This document shows positions 1-7,155 of a DNA stretch of 64,000 nucleotides, piece after piece (position 1 is the first letter of the stretch; every line of letters begins with the position of its first letter). The stretch comes from SAR86 cluster bacterium. GTDB lineage: Bacteria > Pseudomonadota > Gammaproteobacteria > Magnimaribacterales > TMED112. A program made the translations under genes and the position numbers. The notes beneath the pieces are model-generated. The model was given only the letters and a program-made list of their open reading frames with translations, made no database searches and was not told the DNA's origin. The stretch covers positions 653,451 to 717,450 of the forward strand of contig CP097968.1 in assembly GCA_023703555.1 (NCBI GenBank), in the 5' to 3' direction.

Positions 1-563
1 TTGATAGATCTTCCAAGGGTCGTATTATCAACATACTCTAATTCACCACCCATTGGAACTCCATAGGCTATTCTAGATACTTTAATTGAATGATTTTTAA
101 ATTGCTCACCAATATAAAAAGCTGTTGCATCGCCCTCAACAGTTGGGCTAGTGGCAATAATTATTTCTTTCGGTCTGCGCTTATCAATCATGCGTTTAAG
201 GCTGTCAATTCCAATCTCATTTGGCCCAACTCCGTCTATTGGAGAAAGCCTGCCCATAAGAACAAAATAGTACCCAGAAAAACTGCCAGAATTTTCAATA
301 GCAACAACATCAGTTGGGCTTTCAACAATACATAGCATGTCTGAGTCTCTTTTTTCATTGCTGCAAATACTACAAAATGTATCTTCTGTGAAATTTCTAC
401 AGTCTTGACAATTTTTAATATGGCTCATTGACTCTAATAAGTTTCTGGATAGCTCCTTACCGCCTAACCTGTTCTTTTCAAGCAAATAAAAGGCCATTCT
501 CTGAGCAGTTTTCTCACCTATTCCAGGCAAAACTTTGAATGAGGAAATTAAACGGCTAAGCAT
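1..563 (-). CDS. recR: Recombination protein RecR (3' end cut by window edge)
   Basis: Absent from the ORF track because it runs off the window. Manual minus-strand translation from the ATG (rc of 561-563) gives MLSRLISSFKVLPGIGEKTAQRMAFYLLEKNRLGG...CQDCRNFTEDTFCSICSNEKRD...IVESPTDVVAIENSG...SPTVEGDATAFYI. That is HhH, C4 zinc finger and Toprim, as in RecR. The start lies 7 nt after the dnaX stop. Confidence 0.93.
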   Translation of the reverse strand, partial: MLSRLISSFKVLPGIGEKTAQRMAFYLLEKNRLGGKELSRNLLESMSHIKNCQDCRNFTEDTFCSICSNEKRDSDMLCIVESPTDVVAIENSGSFSGYYFVLMGRLSPIDGVGPNEIGIDSLKRMIDKRRPKEIIIATSPTVEGDATAFYIGEQFKNHSIKVSRIAYGVPMGGELEYVDNTTLGRSI

Positions 564-570
564 GTTGTCA

Positions 571-2175
571 TCATTTTTCATGGTCAATAACTTCTAGTTG
601 TTCTTTTTTAATTTGCTGGCCAGTTGTTTCACTTATTTTTTTTACAAGTTTACTTTTTAAAATTTCATCTTGAAAATTGAGTATTTCTTTATCACGTTTT
701 TTTGTCCAGGCATTTGAGGGGGTATTCTTAATTTTTTCATCAACATTTATTTCAATGTCAAATTTTTGATATCCCAATTGAATCAGAGATTCTTGAAGCT
801 CTTCTATATTTGTTTTATTTATTCCTGATGTAAATGCCTCTTGACCGACAAAAATAAGCTTATCTTTTCGAGCACTTAATAACTGCATATTCGCAAAAAA
901 TGCTCTAGAGGCACCTTTAAGATCAAGCTTATCAAAGATTTCAAGCCAGTTATTGGGATTTAATTCGTCTGTGACTTTTACAAGAGGTTCGTTGGTAGTT
1001 TGAGTAGAGCTTGTTTCATCTGATTGAGTTTCTTCAGAGACTCTAATTTTCTCTTTTTTTGCCACCTCTAAATTGGTTAATTTATTTGCAAGTGGTTCAG
1101 TTTTCTCTAGAACTTCAGGCTTTTTTTTTACATCACTCATTTGGTCCTGGTCTAAAAAAGATAAACATCGTAATGCGGCTATCTCAAATGCATCTTTAAT
1201 GCTTTCAGTTAATTTAGAATCAATAAGAGCTTGATTAAAAAATTGATACATCAAATGCAAATCAAATGTTTCTTTTTTTTCTTGTAGAGCTTTTTCAATA
1301 ATTTTATTTTGGATAATTCGAAGTAATCGCTCGAATAAAATTTCATAATTTACATCTAACTCTTTTAATCTGGTCAACTCTGTAAGAACTTCTTCGATTT
1401 CATTTGCGACAAGAAGATCAAAAAGTTTTTCTGTGGAAGATAAATCAAGAAGACCGTAAAGCTGGGATATTTCCGATTCTTTTAAGTCTCCACCACAATG
1501 GGTAATAGCTTGATCAGCATAGGTCAAAGAATCTCTCACAGAACCCTTTGCTAACTCTACCAATAAATCTGTAGATTTTTTGTTGCTGCTAATTTTTTCT
1601 TTTTCAAAAATTTGTTCAAGATTTTTTGAAAGCAGATCGTCTGAGACAAGTTTTAAATTAAATTGTAGACATCTAGAGAGTATGGTCTTAGGAATCTTAT
1701 GTGGTTCTGTTGTGGCTAAGATAAAAATAACATGCTTTGGGGGCTCTTCAAGAGTTTTCAAAAGCGCATTAAAGGCAGAAGGCCCAAACATATGGACTTC
1801 GTCAATAAGATAAACCTTAAATAGACCACTTGTTGGTCTATATTGAACATTCTCGAGTATTTCTCTTACATCATCAACAAGCCCTCTCGAGGCGGCATCA
1901 ATTTCAATTAGATCGAGGTGAGAATTGTTTCGTATTGCTTCACAATTACTGCAAACTCCACAAGGCTCACCATTTTCAAAGTCATAGTTACTACAATTCA
2001 ACGCTTTCGCAAATAACCTGCCTAGGGTTGTCTTACCAACACCCCTTGTTCCTGAAAAGATGTAACCATTGTGAAAGTTTTGATTTTTTATGATATTTCT
2101 GAGTGCATTAACAGCTGCGCTTTGTCCAACTACTTGAGAAAAAGATTGAGGTCTATACTTGTTAGCTAATGCCAT
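571..2175 (-). CDS. dnaX: DNA polymerase III subunit tau/gamma
   Basis: 534-aa ORF starting at an ATG. It has the Walker A GTRGVGKTT, the zinc module CxxCxxC (CGVCSNCEAI), the SRC motif (ILSRC) and DEVHM. This is typical DnaX. Confidence 0.96.
   Translation of the reverse strand: MALANKYRPQSFSQVVGQSAAVNALRNIIKNQNFHNGYIFSGTRGVGKTTLGRLFAKALNCSNYDFENGEPCGVCSNCEAIRNNSHLDLIEIDAASRGLVDDVREILENVQYRPTSGLFKVYLIDEVHMFGPSAFNALLKTLEEPPKHVIFILATTEPHKIPKTILSRCLQFNLKLVSDDLLSKNLEQIFEKEKISSNKKSTDLLVELAKGSVRDSLTYADQAITHCGGDLKESEISQLYGLLDLSSTEKLFDLLVANEIEEVLTELTRLKELDVNYEILFERLLRIIQNKIIEKALQEKKETFDLHLMYQFFNQALIDSKLTESIKDAFEIAALRCLSFLDQDQMSDVKKKPEVLEKTEPLANKLTNLEVAKKEKIRVSEETQSDETSSTQTTNEPLVKVTDELNPNNWLEIFDKLDLKGASRAFFANMQLLSARKDKLIFVGQEAFTSGINKTNIEELQESLIQLGYQKFDIEINVDEKIKNTPSNAWTKKRDKEILNFQDEILKSKLVKKISETTGQQIKKEQLEVIDHEK
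1115..1130 (-). promoter_or_regulatory. Candidate dnaX recoding site (A AAA AAG heptamer within an A9 run)
   Basis: The minus strand reads GTA AAA AAA AAG CCT GAA (plus-strand T9 at 1121-1129, C at 1120). The -1 frame gives GCC TGA, a stop after 1 codon. The +1 frame gives AGC CTG AAG TTC TAG, a stop after 4 codons. The site falls at codons 350-352 of 534. Confidence 0.5.
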
Positions 2176-2181
2176 GAATAA

Positions 2182-2610
2182 TTAAAAACTAATTGCGCTT
2201 TTTATTATTTCATAACTGAAACCTCTATAGGCTAAAAATCTTAAAATCTTCTCTTTTTCTTTCGAAGACAGATCTTTATTTCTGCTTTTTTTTTGGAATG
2301 TAGATCTGCAAACTTCCTTCCAGTCAATTTCTAATTCGTGAATGCTTGAATTGTATTGTGTTAAACCCTTTTTTTTGAGGAAGTTCTCTATGTGTACGGG
2401 TCCATAACCCTTTAAGCTCTTCTCTTTGACCACTGCTTCGGCATACCTTTGATCATTCAGTAAGTTTTCTGTTTTAAGATTCTTTATTACTTCCTTAACT
2501 ACATCTGAATTGCTTTCGTATCTGGAAAGTTTTTTTCTCATTTCACTGGTGGAGTGTTCTCTTCTAGAAAGGAGATCAAGCGCCTTATTTCTCAAACTTA
2601 GTTCAAACAA
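2182..2610 (-). CDS. recX: Recombination regulator RecX
   Basis: 142 aa with an apparent TTG start 2 nt after the upstream stop. It aligns by eye with E. coli RecX blocks: LDLLSRREHSTSEMRKKL, KGYGPVHIENFLKKKG, IDW, RFLAYRGF. Confidence 0.85.
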   Translation of the reverse strand: MFELSLRNKALDLLSRREHSTSEMRKKLSRYESNSDVVKEVIKNLKTENLLNDQRYAEAVVKEKSLKGYGPVHIENFLKKKGLTQYNSSIHELEIDWKEVCRSTFQKKSRNKDLSSKEKEKILRFLAYRGFSYEIIKSAISF

Positions 2611-2612
2611 AA

Positions 2613-3107
2613 CTAATCAAACAGAACGACTCTGGAGCGTCCAGATGACCTTACAACTCTAACTTTATCTCCAACCCGAAATTGCTGTTCAGAATTTTCA
2701 GATAATTCTTGCACAACAGATATTTCTCTATCATTACTATCCAATCTAATAATTATTTCTAATCCAGCTTTTCTTGAAATTGCTTCACCTACTTCTGATC
2801 CCACAACAGATCCTATCAACGCACCTATGATGCCTCCAACAGCTTCAGACGTATCACCATCGCCATCTGCTGCCCTTTCTGCCGCTGAACCACCAACAAT
2901 TGCACCAAGAACTGTGCCTGAAGTCGCACCAACCGCCCTGTCGCCCTCTATGGTCACATTCTGTAAGCTGACTACAACACCAGTTTGAACAAATTGTTGT
3001 TTACCAGCAGCATCTCTTGACACAACATCGCCTTGAAATCCTCCAGTCGCGCAACCCCCAATAATTAAAGAGGCAATAATAATTTTAAGTTTTAGAAATT
3101 TAATCAT
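2613..3107 (-). CDS. slyB: SlyB-like outer-membrane lipoprotein (glycine-zipper)
   Basis: Has a lipobox (LIIGGC). The blocks GDVVSRDAAGKQQFVQTGVVVSLQNVTIEG and GLEIIIRLDSNDREISVVQ parallel E. coli SlyB. The centre is a Gly/Ala zipper (GTVLGAIVGGS, GGIIGALIGSVVG). The SD AAGGAAG lies upstream of the ATG. Confidence 0.8.
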   Translation of the reverse strand: MIKFLKLKIIIASLIIGGCATGGFQGDVVSRDAAGKQQFVQTGVVVSLQNVTIEGDRAVGATSGTVLGAIVGGSAAERAADGDGDTSEAVGGIIGALIGSVVGSEVGEAISRKAGLEIIIRLDSNDREISVVQELSENSEQQFRVGDKVRVVRSSGRSRVVLFD

Positions 3108-3357
3108 TCTCTTCCTTAGATGTAGTTAATAGTGGAAAAGTTCCATCATGTATTTTAAATAGATCTTCAACACGACAATTCAATACTGTAGCAATTTTTA
3201 GTGACAATATAGTAGACGGTACATAGATTCCATTTTCTATTGCATTAATGCTTTTTCGTGACACTTGTACTGCCTCAGCTAAGCTCGCTTGTGTGATACC
3301 AGCTTCCTTTCTTTTTTGCGTGAGGAGCACAACCAAATTCTTATGATTTTTACCCAT
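3100..3357 (-). CDS. XRE-family helix-turn-helix transcriptional regulator (85 aa)
   Basis: The ITQASLAEAVQVSRKSINAIENGIYVPSTILSLKIATVLNCRVEDLF motif is typical of small Cro/CI-type HTH regulators. Its stop overlaps the slyB-like start by 8 nt. Confidence 0.85.
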   Translation of the reverse strand: MGKNHKNLVVLLTQKRKEAGITQASLAEAVQVSRKSINAIENGIYVPSTILSLKIATVLNCRVEDLFKIHDGTFPLLTTSKEEND

Positions 3358-3413
3358 CTACTGACTCTCTTAAAACACCATACAAAAAAAATAAATTGAA
3401 AATTAATTACTAT

Positions 3414-3471
3414 GTAACCTATACTACTCATAATAATCAAAAAAAACAATATTTTGAGTAGTAAACGTTAC
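3414..3471. promoter_or_regulatory. Long inverted repeat in the XRE/ibpA divergent region (candidate operator)
   Basis: GTAACctaTACTACTCA (3414-3430) and TGAGTAGTAaacGTTAC (3455-3471). The 9-bp core is a perfect reverse complement and the arms match 14/17. The spacer is 24 nt and AT-rich. Confidence 0.35.
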
Positions 3472-3524
3472 CTTTATTTAAAAAAGTTCTTGATTTTTTG
3501 AAAATTGTATCTAAATTATTCATT

Positions 3525-3581
3525 GATGGTGCTCGGGTGAGGCCATCGTAAATTTAACTAGTCGCTTTAAGGAGGACTATT
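3525..3581 (+). promoter_or_regulatory. ROSE-like RNA thermometer candidate in the ibpA 5' UTR
   Basis: Hairpin I spans 3525-3547 (GAUGGU-G-CUC[GGGU]GAG-GCCAUC). Hairpin II spans 3560-3578 (AGUC-G-CU[UUAAGG]AG-GACU). In hairpin II, UCGCU (3562-3566) pairs with the SD AGGAGG (3570-3575) and its G (3564) is bulged. The ATG is at 3582. A weak sigma70-like TTGATT-N16-TAAATT at 3490-3517 would start transcription near hairpin I. Confidence 0.45.
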
Positions 3582-3998
3582 ATGTTAATTAATTTTACCG
3601 ATCCAATGTTTTCAAACCGTGCTTTAGGTTTTGAAACATTAGTAAATAGGCTTGAAAGAATATCTAACGAGTCTCAATCTAGTTATCCACCCTATAACAT
3701 TTACAGGGATGGAGTTAAATTTCAAATCGAAATTGCCCTTGCAGGCATCGATAAGAAAGATGTAGAAATAGAGCTATGTGACAGTGTTTTGACTGTTGCC
3801 TATGGAGGTCCTGATTCTGCAGATGCAGAAAACGAAGCCGTACATAGAGGCATAGCTAAAAGGGCTTTTAAGTTAAAGTTCACTCTAGCAGAAGACTTAG
3901 AGGTTCTGGGAGCATCTTCCAAAAATGGGCTACTTACTATTGACTTGGAGAAGATTCTTCCAGATCATAAGAAGCCACGCGTAATTAGCGTAAAATAA
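3582..3998 (+). CDS. ibpA: Small heat-shock protein, IbpA/Hsp20 family
   Basis: 138 aa. SYPPYNI, IALAGIDKKDVEIE, HRGIAKRAFKLKFTLAE and NGLLTIDLEKILPDHKKPRVI parallel E. coli IbpA along the whole length. Confidence 0.92.
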   Translation: MLINFTDPMFSNRALGFETLVNRLERISNESQSSYPPYNIYRDGVKFQIEIALAGIDKKDVEIELCDSVLTVAYGGPDSADAENEAVHRGIAKRAFKLKFTLAEDLEVLGASSKNGLLTIDLEKILPDHKKPRVISVK

Positions 3999-4003
3999 TT
4001 TAA

Positions 4004-4029
4004 GGGCGGCGCAAGCCGCCCAACCTTTT
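4004..4029 (+). terminator. GC-rich stem-loop / probable intrinsic terminator or attenuator after ibpA
   Basis: GGGCGGC-GCAA-GCCGCCC (4004-4021) is a 7-bp perfect stem with a GNRA loop, followed by AACCUUUU. The U-tract is short and offset by 4 nt, so termination is probably partial. The dsbD ATG follows directly at 4030. Confidence 0.55.
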
Positions 4030-5979
4030 ATGAAAAAAATTCTTTTAATTCCACTTTTATCTTTCTTTATAGATGCTGGAATTATAAAGAATGAACATGC
4101 TGAAATTTCAATCATCGGATATGACAATGTCATAAATGAAGCAGGCAATGTTCAGCTGGGGTACAAATTTAAATTTACCCCTGGATGGCATACCTATTGG
4201 ACTAACCCTGGTGACTCTGGGGGTCCCCCTATATTCAACTATGAAAATAATAAAAACTTAGATGTCCAAGAAAATCTGTGGCCAGCACCAGAGAAAATTC
4301 CTTATCCTCCGCTAATGACTTATGGATACAAAAATGAAGTAGTATTCCCTTTTATAGTAAATATCAAAGATCTTGAGGATACTGAAACCAAAATTAATGT
4401 TGAGTATCTGGTTTGTGACGAGATATGTATACCCGAAAGCGCAACGCTTTCTCTCATTCTTAAAAATAAAATCTTAAATGTTGAAATAGAAAAACCACTA
4501 CTAGATAAATGGCAAGAAAGAGTCCCAATTAGGGCTCCACCAGAAGTTATAATCTCCCAAATAAGTAATGAAATCAATATAACTTCTTACTCTTTAAGAG
4601 CAGATTCTTATTTTTTTCCTGATAGTGATCGAATATTAGACTTTAGTGCTGCGCAAATATTGAATGGAAATAACTTATCGATATCACTAAAAGATAATTT
4701 TAATGGGGCATTCAAGGGGGTTCTGAAAGCTGGAAATAATTTCTACGATATTGATAAGACATTTGCAGTAGAATCAGCTTCATTAGCAAATACCCAAATT
4801 AGTTTTTTTACAGCAATCTTATTTGCGTTTTTGGGGGGTCTAATTTTAAATCTTATGCCGTGCGTACTTCCAGTAGTTGCGTTAAAGGCTTTTTCATTAA
4901 TTAAGAACTCTGATTCATCAAGACTTTCCATCACTTTGAATGCATTTTCCTATGTGTTTGGAGTTCTATTCACCTTTATGGGTATCGCAGGTTTGTTATT
5001 ATTTTTAAAAAGTTCGGGTGAATTTATTGGTTGGGGATACCAGCTTCAAAGCCCTCCAGTGGTTGCAGTTTTAAGCACGATAATATTTGTTATTGGATTA
5101 GTCTTGATTACAGATATTAATTTAGGAACTTCTCTAATAAAACTTGAGAACATCAATAGTTCTACAAATTTAGTTAGCTCTTTTTTAACTGGAACTCTCT
5201 CGGTTATTGTTGCATCACCTTGTACCGCTCCATTTATGGGTGCTGCTTTAGGTTATGCATTGTTCCAAACAAACATTGAAGCATTATTAATATTTTTCTT
5301 TCTCGCCCTTGGATTTGCTCTGCCCTACTTTTTAATTGCAATTTTTCCATCGCTCGCAAAAGCCTTACCAAAACCAGGAGCGTGGATGGAGCAGCTTAAA
5401 CAATTCTTTGCGTTCTTAATGTTTGGTGCGGCAATTTGGTTATTGTGGGTTTTATCAAATCAAGTGACATCAAATTCGTTACTATCAGTAATGATTTCTT
5501 GGTTGATAGCAAGCTTTTTAATTTGGTTAGCGGGGATAAACCTTCAAAAACAGTTAAAAACTTTATTTGTTGTTCTGGTTGGAGGGCTGACGATATTAAT
5601 TGTAGATTTTGATCTCAAAGAAAGAGAATCAGTAGAATTAACTTCATCGGAAACTTGGTCGAAAGAGCGAGTAGCAGGATTAAGAGAAAATAAGGAGTCC
5701 TATTTTATTAATTTTACTGCAGCGTGGTGCATCACATGTCAGGTAAATGAAGGTATTGCATTGACACCAAGAGTTATTGCTGAAATGGAGAAAAAAAGCA
5801 TCACCTATCTGAAAGCTGATTGGACCAATAGAAATAGAGAAATCTTAGATGAATTAAAATTATTTAATAGAACTGGAATACCTGTTTATATATTTTGGAG
5901 AGAAGGCATGGAATATCCTATAATATTAAATGAAGTTCTTACTGAACAATACCTAATGGAGATTTTTAATGAAATTTAG
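4030..5979 (+). CDS. dsbD: Thiol:disulfide interchange protein DsbD / ScsB-like protein-disulfide reductase
   Basis: 649 aa. It has a signal peptide and an N-terminal periplasmic domain with VCDEICIP. The multi-TM core has a CVLPV cysteine and a second PC motif (ASPCTAP). The C-terminal thioredoxin domain has WCITCQ. Confidence 0.9.
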   Translation: MKKILLIPLLSFFIDAGIIKNEHAEISIIGYDNVINEAGNVQLGYKFKFTPGWHTYWTNPGDSGGPPIFNYENNKNLDVQENLWPAPEKIPYPPLMTYGYKNEVVFPFIVNIKDLEDTETKINVEYLVCDEICIPESATLSLILKNKILNVEIEKPLLDKWQERVPIRAPPEVIISQISNEINITSYSLRADSYFFPDSDRILDFSAAQILNGNNLSISLKDNFNGAFKGVLKAGNNFYDIDKTFAVESASLANTQISFFTAILFAFLGGLILNLMPCVLPVVALKAFSLIKNSDSSRLSITLNAFSYVFGVLFTFMGIAGLLLFLKSSGEFIGWGYQLQSPPVVAVLSTIIFVIGLVLITDINLGTSLIKLENINSSTNLVSSFLTGTLSVIVASPCTAPFMGAALGYALFQTNIEALLIFFFLALGFALPYFLIAIFPSLAKALPKPGAWMEQLKQFFAFLMFGAAIWLLWVLSNQVTSNSLLSVMISWLIASFLIWLAGINLQKQLKTLFVVLVGGLTILIVDFDLKERESVELTSSETWSKERVAGLRENKESYFINFTAAWCITCQVNEGIALTPRVIAEMEKKSITYLKADWTNRNREILDELKLFNRTGIPVYIFWREGMEYPIILNEVLTEQYLMEIFNEI

Positions 5980-6568
5980 AATTTTAATTACTTTTTTAAT
6001 TTCTTTTTTGTCGATAGGTGAAGCCAAAGTTGACGGAAAAGCACCAGAATTTAGTCTACTCAATCAAGACAATGAAAAGGTTTCACTTAGCCAATTCAAA
6101 GGTAGAAATGTTGTCTTGGAATGGACCAATCATGAATGCCCATTCGTAAAAAGACATTACGAAACAAATAACATGCAAGAACTTCAGAAAAACTATACAG
6201 ATCAAAATGTTGTATGGCTTTCAATTGTATCGTCAGCTCCAAAAAAACAAGGTTTCATCAATAATAAACAAGCTAAAGAACTGACTGCGCAAAGAGGAGC
6301 CCATCCAAGCCATGTGCTCATTGACGAAAATGGAGATGTTGGACGTTTGTACAAAGCGAAAACTACTCCACACATGTATGTTATTGATGCGGGTGGCATG
6401 CTTCGATACAAGGGTGCAATTGATAACCTAGGAATGACTGGAGCACTTTTCAATACAGATCTGTCCAAAGCAAAAAACTATGTTAAATTGGCAATGGATG
6501 CTCTTCTGGGAGGTTCAGATATTCTTGAAAAAGAAACAAGACCTTACGGTTGCTCTGTAAAATATTAA
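5969..6568 (+). CDS. Periplasmic thioredoxin-fold protein, peroxiredoxin-like (AhpC/TSA, PRX_like1-type)
   Basis: Has a signal peptide (FLSIGEA). WTNHECPFVKRHY carries a single active-site Cys and the C-terminal YGCSVKY carries another. It overlaps dsbD by 11 nt. Confidence 0.75.
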   Translation: MKFRILITFLISFLSIGEAKVDGKAPEFSLLNQDNEKVSLSQFKGRNVVLEWTNHECPFVKRHYETNNMQELQKNYTDQNVVWLSIVSSAPKKQGFINNKQAKELTAQRGAHPSHVLIDENGDVGRLYKAKTTPHMYVIDAGGMLRYKGAIDNLGMTGALFNTDLSKAKNYVKLAMDALLGGSDILEKETRPYGCSVKY

Positions 6569-7077
6569 AAGATATATTTTACCCACTCTTTATCAGCAAA
6601 GTCGTTGGGATTCAATTTATGGCCATTTAATAAATGTGCAAATGACGGTTTAACAGGTTTTTTGATTGGGTCAATAGGCTTGGATCCCTTTAAAGTATTA
6701 CAGCTTTTGCAACACGTAACTATGTTTTCCCAAGATGTGTCACCACCTTTAGATCTTGGCAATACATGATCTAATGTCAGCTGATTGGTATCAAAAACAT
6801 CAGCACAATATTGACATCTATACATATCCCTGAGATAGACATTTGATCTTGAAAATTTTACATAATTCTGGAATTTGTGAAATCTACGCAGCATTATTAT
6901 GCTTGGAACTTCGAGGGTAACTGAAGGAGATCTTACAGACCAATCCTCGTGATTTTTAATGATAATTACATTTCTTGTATAAACTAACTTAACGGCTGTT
7001 TTCCAATCTATCGTAGACAATGGAAAGTAACTGACAGGCTTCCCATTACCGTTTAATAACAAGCAATCTTTTGACAT
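6565..7077 (-). CDS. HNH endonuclease family protein
   Basis: CQYCADVFDTNQLTLDHVLPRSKGGDTSWENIVTCCKSCNTLKG is a complete HNH/zinc motif (CxxC...DH...N...CxxC). Confidence 0.85.
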   Translation of the reverse strand: MSKDCLLLNGNGKPVSYFPLSTIDWKTAVKLVYTRNVIIIKNHEDWSVRSPSVTLEVPSIIMLRRFHKFQNYVKFSRSNVYLRDMYRCQYCADVFDTNQLTLDHVLPRSKGGDTSWENIVTCCKSCNTLKGSKPIDPIKKPVKPSFAHLLNGHKLNPNDFADKEWVKYIF

Positions 7078-7155
7078 TTCAGATCCATAATAAATTATAT
7101 TTTGCTTCTATCAATGCAAGTTGTATTATAAATATTAGGTTTTTAAGGGGGAGTT

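Noticed and set aside
90-335. 81-aa plus-strand ORF at the window start
   Set aside because: It lies entirely antisense to recR, whose translation is unambiguous.
1030-1114. Stimulatory stem-loop downstream of the dnaX slippery site
   Set aside because: The only reasonable pairing I found is CCACUU...AGGUGG with an inner AAAUU/AAUUU stem. It starts more than 30 nt after the run and is AU-rich. That is too distant and weak to claim, so the recoding call rests on the slippery run and the out-of-frame stops alone.
2613-3357. XRE regulator plus downstream small protein as a toxin-antitoxin pair
   Set aside because: The downstream product is a lipobox-bearing SlyB-like glycine-zipper lipoprotein, collinear with E. 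coli SlyB, not a known toxin fold. The pair continues directly into recX-dnaX-recR.
3488-3526. Sigma-32 heat-shock promoter upstream of ibpA
   Set aside because: A TTGAAA element is present at 3498-3503. The best -10 candidate, ATTCATTG, matches only the CAT core of CCCCATNT. That is not enough to call.
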